Virus record (IMG/VR): IMGVR_UViG_2871727361_000001
Coordinates: 2,590 to 66,589 of that record
Length of the DNA: 64,000 nt
Reading direction: 5' to 3' (one strand)
Source: a virus
Positions 56,542 through 64,000 of this stretch are shown one piece after another. How positions within the stretch are numbered: position 1 is the first letter of the stretch; every line of letters starts with the position of its first letter. Below the pieces are notes generated by a model. It did not search any database. It worked only from the letters and a program-made list of their open reading frames with translations, and was not told where the DNA came from. The position numbers were made by a program, and so were the translations under genes.

Positions 56542-56795
56542 TCGGTTCAGTCGGTTCATTCGGTTCAGTAGATTAATTGCTTTGATTTATAAGGTTTTTA
56601 TTACTGATTCTGAACCGACGCTGAACCGAAAAATTGTCATTTTGAACCGAAAGTAAGCGAGGCGATATTTTTCTGGCTGGCAGTGAACCGAAAAAGCATG
56701 GCGCTGAACCGACGCCAAAAAATAAGAGTCGGTTCAGCGAAACCCAGAGCTGGCGCGGGCTGCAGGGCAGTGAACCGATGAACCGAATGAACCGA
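56542..56795. repeat. Satellite replication origin iterons
   Basis: 12 TGAACCGA octamers (8 forward, 4 reverse) around an AT-rich core at about 56570-56610. Confidence 0.85.
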
Positions 56796-56872
56796 CACGT
56801 TTTTGCTTATATACAGAAAAAAAGTCGAGCCGTTCACAGGCGATAAGTAAAACTAATAATCGAGGGCAAAAA

Positions 56873-57316
56873 ATGAGCGCACAGGTATCTGCATACGGGC
56901 GGCTGGTGGCCGATCCACAGATCCGCACAACAACAACCGGGAAGCATATGGCAATGGCACGGTTATCCGTGGCGCTTCCCTGCCGTACCGCACAGAACGG
57001 CGAGGCTACGTTCTGGCTGGGCGTGGTGGCTTTCGGCAATCAGGCCGCCGCGCTGGCAAAGCACGTTAAGGGCGACATGATAAGCATTGCCGGCAACATG
57101 CAGCTTAACCAGTGGGCGGCTCAGGATGGAGCGCAGAAGGAGCAGCCGCAGGTTATCGCTGACAGCGTGATAAGCGCCAGGACGACGCGACCGGGAGGAA
57201 GGAAGAAAGCCAGCTATCAGGAAAGCCCACCGGCAACAGGCGCAGCGCCGGGATGGGACACGCACAACCCGCCGGATGGGTTCGATCAGCGGCCACCTTT
57301 CGACGATGATTTTTAA
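56873..57316 (+). CDS. ssb: Single-stranded DNA-binding protein
   Basis: GRLVADP, W..VVAFG..A, KGD.I...G.M; acidic tail PPFDDDF. Confidence 0.88.
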   Translation: MSAQVSAYGRLVADPQIRTTTTGKHMAMARLSVALPCRTAQNGEATFWLGVVAFGNQAAALAKHVKGDMISIAGNMQLNQWAAQDGAQKEQPQVIADSVISARTTRPGGRKKASYQESPPATGAAPGWDTHNPPDGFDQRPPFDDDF

Positions 57317-57408
57317 GACGTGCGGCGGGCTAAGCACCCGGCACAACCGATGCCGCCCGCCATTTTCAACACCAGCAGGCCACCAGCACCACGACAGAGG
57401 ATAAGGCA

Positions 57409-57885
57409 ATGCAAACCCTGAGCATTAAGCGCAAACCAAAGGGGCTGTATTCAGCGCCAGAGAAGCCCAAAGAAACGACCGCCTCAGCACCAGGGCAAGC
57501 GGCAGCCAAACCAGCTAAAGGCGCACCAGCGAAAGCACAGACAGCGAAATCAAAGAAAACGGCGAAAGCCCGTATCAGGAAGATAAAGCGCCTGTCTGAG
57601 CACTGGCCTGAGCTGTTCAACAGGGAAGCGCCAAAGCCGCTCAAGGTGGGTATCCTGCATGATGCCATTGCCGATATTGAGGCCAGAGGGATTCAGTTCG
57701 GCACAGGCTCATTCAAGGCCGCGTTAGCCGGGTATACGCAGAGCGCCAGCTACCTGATGGCCTTATCATCTGGCGGGCAGCGTTATGACCTGACAGGCCA
57801 GCCGGCGGGTGAAGTGACAACCGAACAGCAGCAGAAAGCCACTGAGGCGCTGAATAAGCTCAAGGGGGCCGCTGATGGTGAATGA
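57409..57885 (+). CDS. ProQ/FinO-domain protein
   Basis: WPELF...PKPLKVGI, AL..YT.S..YL......RYDL.G.P.GEVT. Confidence 0.88.
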   Translation: MQTLSIKRKPKGLYSAPEKPKETTASAPGQAAAKPAKGAPAKAQTAKSKKTAKARIRKIKRLSEHWPELFNREAPKPLKVGILHDAIADIEARGIQFGTGSFKAALAGYTQSASYLMALSSGGQRYDLTGQPAGEVTTEQQQKATEALNKLKGAADGE

Positions 57886-58144
57886 CAAAATGGCGCAGGA
57901 ACTGGAATCAAAAGGGCTGTATCGCAGAGCCGCCTCACGCTGGCTGGAAGTGTTCGACAAATGCGAGACCGAAGCCGGCAGAGAGTGGCTCAAAAACCGG
58001 CGTAATCAGTGCCTGGCAAAGCGAGTGCGCCCCGCCGTGCTGGTCGATACCTTTGGTGATGTCACCAGAGCAGCAGGCGACACACAGCGTAGGATGGGAT
58101 TAGCCAGACCGGGCGGCGAGGCGTTCAGACTCAAAGCCAAATAA
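57875..58144 (+). CDS. PerC-like protein
   Basis: AQELESKGLYRRAASRWL..RRNQC. Confidence 0.8.
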   Translation: MVNDKMAQELESKGLYRRAASRWLEVFDKCETEAGREWLKNRRNQCLAKRVRPAVLVDTFGDVTRAAGDTQRRMGLARPGGEAFRLKAK

Positions 58145-58231
58145 ATGACGCTCAATCTATGGATGGTTTTTATTGCCATGGGACGCTCAGCCCAATAGGA
58201 TTAGTCTCACCAATACTGACGGGATAGGGAT

Positions 58232-58771
58232 ATGAATAAAAAAAAGATAGTTTTGTTTTCAGTGGCGGCGTTGGGGTTCATAGCCTTGAGCGGGATACTA
58301 CTGGTGCCGCCCGAAAAGTCTTACGACGCTGGTATGGTTTCAGTATGTAGTGAAATTACGAAAGATAATATGAAATCACCAAGCTCATATAGATTGGGAA
58401 AATCAATAGTGGTAACAAAAGTACTCACTCAGGATGAGGCCATTTCAAGGTTGTACAAAGGAAGCGGTAGTCCTTTGAAAAAATACATCAATGATGGTTC
58501 CCTTAAAATGTATCTTTCTGATGCTTATGTAGATTATGAGGCTGAAAATTCTTTTGGAACCCTGATAAAAAACACTGCGATTTGCCAATATCAATACCTT
58601 CAACCAACCTCTAGCCCGTCTTTCGAGATGATTCAGTATCATCTAGGAGGAAAGGTTATCGAAGGCACTGATTTACTGATTGTTTCCGGTGCTAAGGATC
58701 ATCGTATTGGCAAAAACTCAATAATCCAAAAAATGAGATATATACATTACAAAATAAGTGGGATTTTTTGA
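58232..58771 (+). CDS. AT-rich membrane-anchored moron protein
   Basis: N-terminal TM, CSEITKDNMKSPSSY, terminator 58779-58802. Confidence 0.75.
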   Translation: MNKKKIVLFSVAALGFIALSGILLVPPEKSYDAGMVSVCSEITKDNMKSPSSYRLGKSIVVTKVLTQDEAISRLYKGSGSPLKKYINDGSLKMYLSDAYVDYEAENSFGTLIKNTAICQYQYLQPTSSPSFEMIQYHLGGKVIEGTDLLIVSGAKDHRIGKNSIIQKMRYIHYKISGIF

Positions 58772-58872
58772 GCATAGTAACCTCGTTTCGGCGAGGTTTT
58801 TTATAAACAAAATATTCGATCAAAACGATCAAATTAACGTTTCATAAATCGGCATGAATCACTCCACTATTT

Positions 58873-58909
58873 CAGTAATTGCAATTATAATTACTGTATA
58901 AAATAACAG
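58873..58909. promoter_or_regulatory. Promoter with LexA box and IR
   Basis: TATAAT at 58886, IR CAGTAATT/AATTACTG, CTGT-ATAAAATA-ACAG at 58894-58909 abutting the RBS. Confidence 0.8.
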
Positions 58910-58918
58910 GAGGTGTCC

Positions 58919-59095
58919 ATGATCCAGCAGCCAACCGTCAAACCCGTACTGATGCGGGTTGAACAAATCGAAGCCCTAAGAAAAATTCAAGAACAGGAAC
59001 GCGCTAAATCACCATTAGGCGTGGCTCCAACTATTCACGTTATCGCTCGCGGCCTGATGGATAAAGCATTTGCCCAACTGGATCAGGAGGCGTGA
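58919..59095 (+). CDS. Small DNA-binding-like protein
   Basis: KPVLMRVEQIEALRKIQ...IHVIARGLMDKA; GGAGG RBS. Confidence 0.65.
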   Translation: MIQQPTVKPVLMRVEQIEALRKIQEQERAKSPLGVAPTIHVIARGLMDKAFAQLDQEA

Positions 59096-59421
59096 TGGAA
59101 CGGCTACAGCGCCTGGCTGAAACTATCGCAGAAACATACATCCGTGACCGAATCCGGGAGCATGGCAACGCACAGTTCACCCATAACGGTAAAACCGGTG
59201 AGACGCGCCGCGAATTGCTGGCGTCGGGGCTGGTTGATAACTGCGTTTATGCTGCCCGCAGCAGCGGCAAGGCTGATTATGAACGTGAGGCATACACCAT
59301 GCTGATGGAGATGATTTCTCTGAGCGGCAGGGAGTACCAGGTAACAAACCACGGGCTGAACGTGATCGAAACTATGCACCGCGTCGCGCTGGCTAAAAGC
59401 TCGCCTCGCGTCAGTCATTAA
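59092..59421 (+). CDS. Hypothetical protein
   Basis: 109 aa between regulator and TMP. Confidence 0.65.
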   Translation: MMERLQRLAETIAETYIRDRIREHGNAQFTHNGKTGETRRELLASGLVDNCVYAARSSGKADYEREAYTMLMEMISLSGREYQVTNHGLNVIETMHRVALAKSSPRVSH

Positions 59422-59430
59422 GGGGGATGA

Positions 59431-62400
59431 ATGGATGGCACCAAATTAGGGGGCTTCTATTACGAAGTTGATCTAGAGCTTGAGAGGGCGCTTGAAAAGG
59501 CGGCAAAGCTCGATAACACACTTGATGGCATGGGTGAATCCGCTGTTAAAGCGGGCAAGCAGATCAATGTCGCAGAGCGCTCAATGTCATCGCTTTCCCG
59601 CGTGGCCACTGCGATTACCGCTGCCCTGTCAGTTCAGCAAGTCGCCGCCTATGCCGATGCCTGGGCAAACGTTAACAACAAACTGGCTAACGCTGTCAGG
59701 CCGGGAGAGCAGTTGGCTTCTGTTACTGAGCGCGTTTTCAATATTACACAGCAAACCCGCTCAAGCCTCGACGCCACTGCGTCACTGTATGCCCGATTAG
59801 AGCGAGCGACCCGGCAGTATGGAACCAGCGCAGACGATCTCGCCAAGCTCACCACCATCATTAACCAGGGATTTGTGGTATCGGGCGCTACCGCACAGGA
59901 AGCTGAAAACGCCATTATCCAGCTCTCGCAAGGTTTAGCCTCTGGCGCACTGCGTGGTGAAGAATTTAACTCAGTGAACGAGCAGGGGAACCGCCTTATC
60001 GTAGCGCTTGCTGATTCAATGGGCGTCACCATAGGCCAGATGCGTAATATGGCGGCACAGGGCAAGCTGACCACTGATGTTGTGGTTAATGGCCTGTTAT
60101 CCCAAGGATCTAGCATCGGACAGGAATTCGCCAGGACTACAGCAACAATCGGCCAATCCCTTGAGGTGGCTGGAAATAACATCACACGATTCGTTGGTTC
60201 GTCTGCGACGGTGAAGACAGCAGTGGCTGTATTTAACAGCGCAGTGATCACCCTTTCTGAAAACTTAGAACTTGTATCAACAGCCATTCTGGCTGTTAGT
60301 GCGGTAATGGGGTCCAGATATGTTGGTGCGCTGGCAGCAGCAACAGCTGGGCAAATAGCCAATGCCGCCGCTGCTTATCGTGCGGCAGCAGCTCAGGGGG
60401 CAATGTCAGCAGCCGCAGCCGGGGCGAGGAGTATGCTTGCCTTAATTGGTGGCCCCGCAGGCGCGGCCACACTGGCAGCGGCAGCAATATTCTATTTCTA
60501 CCAGAAGGCTCAGCAGGCAAAACAGGAAAGCATCGACTTTGCCGATAAGCTAGATGCTGTCATCTCCAAGATGAAGGAGATGAACCAGACTCAGATTTCC
60601 GCAGAGATAGCGAAAGCGCAGCAATCAATCATCGACCAGAAAGACGCAATCAGCGAGCTGCGAGGCGAACTGGCAGCGCTGGAGCAAAAGAAAACATTTA
60701 TCGAGCAGGCCGCCCGCATCCGCGGTGCTGCCGCTGTTTCCGCAGATTATGAGCAGGTACAGCGTGATATAGCTATTCAGGCCGGCAGGGTAGACGCAGC
60801 AGAAAACAAACTTAGCCAGACAGTGAGTAAGACGGGCTTATTGCGCGCTCAGTTGAATGGCAATCTTGCCCAAGGCATTGACCTGCTTAAGCGTGATGGG
60901 GATCAGGCTGGTTTAGCAAGCGGATTGATGAACCAATTTGGAAATGCCATCAATTTTGCTTCCAGAGCCAAAGAAACATTCAACTCCACTAGCCTGATTG
61001 TCAGCAGGCCTAAAGACATTCAGGACTATCTCGACAACCAGCAGGAACAAATTGACCTGCAAAGTGAGTTTAACGAGAAGAAACGTGCCCAGCTCAAGGC
61101 TGAAATGGAGATTCGCAATCTTGCCAAAAAGGACGGCAGCCCCGACTCCGACCAGATAGAACGTGATGTTCAGCTGGCACGCGCAAGGGCCGGTGTAGCG
61201 TTCGACCAGCAGAAAGCAGAAGAAAATCGCCGGAAAGCCCAGCAGCAAAGCGAGCAGCAAGATAAGCGGTCAGCCTCTTCGGCAGAATCTGTATCGCAGA
61301 AGCTGGAAAGCCTGCGTCAGCAATCCGAATTATCAGCAGATTCTACACATGAAATGAGCCGGTCTCAGGCCGTTCTCCAGGCTCAGTTGTCACTGGGCAA
61401 AGGGGCCACTCAGGAGCAAATTGCGCTGGCCGGTAAGTATCGTGGAGAGATATGGGATACGTCCGCAGCAATCCGCGCTCAGGTTGCTGCTATGAAGTTA
61501 ATTCCCGAGCAGGCAGAGAACACCCGCTATAAGCAGGATGTCGCTGACCTCAAAACGGCGCTGGAGCAAAAGACCATCACTCAGCAGCAACATGACGCAG
61601 TCGCCGAGCAGATGGAGCAGCAACACCAGGTGAACTTAGCCAAAATCATGGCGACGCAGAACACTGTGGTTAGCCCGCTTCAGGAAGCTCAAGGGGCTAT
61701 AGATCCGGTTCAGGCTCTGGCCAATGAAAACGCGAAAAAGTTAGAACTGATAAAGCAGTTTGAAACAGAAAAGGGACAAATTACCCTCAATGGCCTGGCA
61801 TTAATGAATGCTGCCAACACTCAGTACGAACAGCAGCGCATAGCGGCTCAGTGGGAGGTTTACCGCAACCAGAGCGCCGCTAATAGCCTTCTGGCTGACG
61901 CGGTTGACTCTCTTCAGGGTGGCGCGACTAATGCCATTACCGGCCTTCTGAATGGCACTCAGAGACTCAGTGAGGCATTCGCCAACATCGGCACCACAAT
62001 CCTGAATAGTGTGGTCAGTGGTCTGGTAGAGATGGGCCTGCAGTATGTGAAAAACATGCTCATGGGACAGACAGCAGCATCAGCAGCGCTTGGGGCAACA
62101 GCAACGCAGGCAACAGCCGCAGCAGGGATGTGGGGGCCGGCAGCAGTGAGCGCATCGATCGCCACCATGGGAACCGCTTCAACCGTAGGCACAACAGCCT
62201 ATTCAACAGCGTTGATGGCTTCTAAAGGTTTAGCTGTGGCCGGTGCGCGTGAGCACGGCGGCCCAGTCAACGCCAACAGCATGTATCGCGTAGGCGAGGG
62301 CGGCAAGCCGGAGATCTTTAAAGCCAGTAACGGCAGCCAGTACATGATTCCCGGTGATAACGGCAAGGTTATCAGTAACCGTGATTTGTCCGGCGCTGGT

Positions 62401-62571
62401 GGTGGGAACGTAATTCATCAAGAGGTCAATTTCCATATAACCACAACCGGAGGAATTGACGCCGCTACTCAAAAACAGCTGGCCGGCATGATGAAGCAAG
62501 TCGCACTCTTCCAAATGAAAGAGGAAAGCACTCGCGGAGGCGGGATGCTCCAGCCACGTCAGAAAAAATAA
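59431..62571 (+). CDS. Tape measure protein (satellite-encoded)
   Basis: 1046 aa; AIIQLSQGLASGALRGEEFNSVNEQG domain; C-terminal GAREHGGPV..YRVGEGGKPE. Confidence 0.9.
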   Translation: MDGTKLGGFYYEVDLELERALEKAAKLDNTLDGMGESAVKAGKQINVAERSMSSLSRVATAITAALSVQQVAAYADAWANVNNKLANAVRPGEQLASVTERVFNITQQTRSSLDATASLYARLERATRQYGTSADDLAKLTTIINQGFVVSGATAQEAENAIIQLSQGLASGALRGEEFNSVNEQGNRLIVALADSMGVTIGQMRNMAAQGKLTTDVVVNGLLSQGSSIGQEFARTTATIGQSLEVAGNNITRFVGSSATVKTAVAVFNSAVITLSENLELVSTAILAVSAVMGSRYVGALAAATAGQIANAAAAYRAAAAQGAMSAAAAGARSMLALIGGPAGAATLAAAAIFYFYQKAQQAKQESIDFADKLDAVISKMKEMNQTQISAEIAKAQQSIIDQKDAISELRGELAALEQKKTFIEQAARIRGAAAVSADYEQVQRDIAIQAGRVDAAENKLSQTVSKTGLLRAQLNGNLAQGIDLLKRDGDQAGLASGLMNQFGNAINFASRAKETFNSTSLIVSRPKDIQDYLDNQQEQIDLQSEFNEKKRAQLKAEMEIRNLAKKDGSPDSDQIERDVQLARARAGVAFDQQKAEENRRKAQQQSEQQDKRSASSAESVSQKLESLRQQSELSADSTHEMSRSQAVLQAQLSLGKGATQEQIALAGKYRGEIWDTSAAIRAQVAAMKLIPEQAENTRYKQDVADLKTALEQKTITQQQHDAVAEQMEQQHQVNLAKIMATQNTVVSPLQEAQGAIDPVQALANENAKKLELIKQFETEKGQITLNGLALMNAANTQYEQQRIAAQWEVYRNQSAANSLLADAVDSLQGGATNAITGLLNGTQRLSEAFANIGTTILNSVVSGLVEMGLQYVKNMLMGQTAASAALGATATQATAAAGMWGPAAVSASIATMGTASTVGTTAYSTALMASKGLAVAGAREHGGPVNANSMYRVGEGGKPEIFKASNGSQYMIPGDNGKVISNRDLSGAGGGNVIHQEVNFHITTTGGIDAATQKQLAGMMKQVALFQMKEESTRGGGMLQPRQKK

Positions 62572-62651
62572 CTCAGCATCGCAGGGACGCGATCATGTTG
62601 AGTTTGGTCAAGGTAAAACGGGTTTGAGAAATAGCGAAAGGTGGCAGACAG

Positions 62652-63092
62652 ATGCCTGATAGCAGGAAAGAACAGGGAAAGCACCCTACCCGCTGGACTA
62701 AGGGGAAGTCTGGAAATCCCAACGGCAGACCCGGCAAGGGCGCGGAGATCCGCCGAAAGCTGATGGAGTTAACGCCTGATGCCATGAAAGCCATAGAGGA
62801 CGGCATCAAGAGCGGAGACACGGCTTGTCTCAAGATATGGGCTGACCGTTGCGACCCGGTGAGCAAGGCAACATTGCCCACGGTTGAGTTCCTAGCCGAC
62901 ACAACAGACCTGACCCGGTTCAGCCTTTCGGTACTCGCCGCCATATCAAAGGGCGAGGTATCACCGGATATTGGCTCGCATATCATCAATGCCGCCGCCA
63001 GCGCCGCCAGAGTCGCAGAGATTGACCAGATGAAGCGCGAGCTTGAGGAACTGCAAAAACAGGTTGAGGAAATGCTTAACGAACGTCCGTAA
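62652..63092 (+). CDS. DUF5681-like protein, possible TerS analogue
   Basis: TRWTKGKSGNPNGRPGK motif, C-terminal coiled coil. Confidence 0.6.
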   Translation: MPDSRKEQGKHPTRWTKGKSGNPNGRPGKGAEIRRKLMELTPDAMKAIEDGIKSGDTACLKIWADRCDPVSKATLPTVEFLADTTDLTRFSLSVLAAISKGEVSPDIGSHIINAAASAARVAEIDQMKRELEELQKQVEEMLNERP

Positions 63093-63258
63093 GACTCTTG
63101 CCGAAATGAAAAGGCAGATTGAGAGCACCAGACCCGTTGAGGACGCCCCCGTCATTTTCCCCGGAGATGATGAACCAAGTTCAGGCAAATTTATCCGACT
63201 GCGAGTGATTGACGCCTCAGCAGGTAAAAAATATGACGACACTCAACACCATCCGTAA
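63043..63258 (+). CDS. Small hypothetical protein (start uncertain)
   Basis: ORF track; RKTLAEMKRQIESTRP motif. Confidence 0.4.
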   Translation: MRNCKNRLRKCLTNVRKTLAEMKRQIESTRPVEDAPVIFPGDDEPSSGKFIRLRVIDASAGKKYDDTQHHP

Positions 63259-63343
63259 AATTAAAGCCAGATTTGGCGAGGCATGGCATGAGGACTACCC
63301 AGTTGGAGATCCGCGCCGTATTAAACTGGAATATGACCAATGA
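63233..63343 (+). CDS. Small hypothetical protein (36 aa)
   Basis: MTTLNTIRKIKARFG..., ATGA overlap downstream. Confidence 0.4.
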   Translation: MTTLNTIRKIKARFGEAWHEDYPVGDPRRIKLEYDQ

Positions 63344-63564
63344 GCATGAAAAGCCAGATTGCCGCACTAGAGAAGGTCATACATGCTATCAGGCCAAAGC
63401 CAGCCAGTGATAACCCACCACCAGAACGCAGCCAGTTTATAAAAGCAGACGGTTTTATTGATTCATCAGCCTGGCTAGCCGCAGTCGCTGAGTGGAGTAT
63501 TAAGACGTTCGGCAAGCCATTAAAAGAGATCGCCGAGCAAATAGCCGAAGAGGAAGGGTTTTAG
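63340..63564 (+). CDS. Small hypothetical protein
   Basis: MSMKSQIAALEKVIHAIRP... Confidence 0.6.
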   Translation: MSMKSQIAALEKVIHAIRPKPASDNPPPERSQFIKADGFIDSSAWLAAVAEWSIKTFGKPLKEIAEQIAEEEGF

Positions 63565-63568
63565 CCTG

Positions 63569-63829
63569 ATGACCACCAGACAGAAGCTGATAGCGATTAG
63601 AAAGATGATAGACGGCAGCCAGCCAGAAGATAAATTCGATTCGCTGGTATTATCTGCCTTGATTGACGAGTTATCCGGGACAGCACCAGAGGGGAACGCT
63701 GACGAGGTGGCGAAGAAGCTACACGCCAGAACAGGCTACACATTCCCGCATAATGCTGAGATGAAAGAGCTATTCGATTCTGTCAAAGATGGCGCAGCGC
63801 ATATCAGGAGGCTAAGAGATGACAGTTAG
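63569..63829 (+). CDS. Small hypothetical protein
   Basis: MTTRQKLIAIRKMIDGSQP... Confidence 0.6.
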   Translation: MTTRQKLIAIRKMIDGSQPEDKFDSLVLSALIDELSGTAPEGNADEVAKKLHARTGYTFPHNAEMKELFDSVKDGAAHIRRLRDDS

Positions 63830-63992
63830 CAGACAGATAACGGAGTTAAAAAAGATTGTCTCAGGCATGAGACCAGATCCTGAGCACAGCCCAACAGAAA
63901 TCTATCTGATACCCATGAGCCGGGACGAAAGCGGCAGCATTAACGAGGGCGAGGCTGTTTTATTGTGGAGGAAAGGGGCCGGGGGCAGGTAA
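63819..63992 (+). CDS. Small hypothetical protein (57 aa)
   Basis: MTVSRQITELKKIVSGMRP..., AGGAGG RBS. Confidence 0.55.
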   Translation: MTVSRQITELKKIVSGMRPDPEHSPTEIYLIPMSRDESGSINEGEAVLLWRKGAGGR

Positions 63993-64000
63993 AGAGTTCA

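Larger units (their letters stand above)
46666..64000. mobile_element. P4/PICI-like phage satellite (right end outside window)
   Basis: P4-type int next to tRNA end, alpA, icd-like, DUF927 primase, iterons, ssb; no capsid genes seen in the window. Confidence 0.88.

Noticed and set aside
56542-56795. Novel repeat system
   Set aside because: Position after the primase and bidirectional octamers around an AT-rich core fit an ordinary satellite origin
143-64000. Most antisense or alternate-frame ORFs in the track (e.g. 143-451, 23910-24548, 24960-25604, 59649-60362, 62573-62989)
   Set aside because: Shadows of well-supported genes, with no RBS or family motifs

Overview
Two tandem mobile elements at a tRNA-Arg(UCU) locus of an Enterobacterales genome. 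(1) 1-46665: most of an apparently intact lambdoid siphophage prophage. It runs from recT/recE, N and cI/cro/cII through O/DnaB replication, nin genes, Q, two tRNAs, pinholin/SAR-endolysin/spanins, head, lambda-type tail, fibre and an SOS cassette. It ends in the 3' half of tRNA-Arg, an att core; int and the other att lie left of the window. (2) 46666-64000, running off the right edge: a P4/PICI-like satellite with a P4-type integrase, alpA, icd-like and ORF6N genes, a DUF927 primase-helicase, an iteron origin, ssb, proQ-like and perC-like genes. Best leads: a LexA-box-controlled satellite operon carrying its own full-length tape measure protein plus an array of small ORFs with a shared N-terminal motif; an acr-aca-like moron between the phage tRNAs; a MuF head protein with a zinc-metalloprotease tail and small downstream ORF; a two-gene cassette in the rex position followed by a 19-bp-period repeat array; a YafO toxin with a non-YafN partner; a non-SSB protein ending in the SSB tail DFDDDIPF; and an 80-bp perfect direct repeat bracketing the tail-tip module. 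All family calls are from motif recognition by eye; no searches or folding programs were run.
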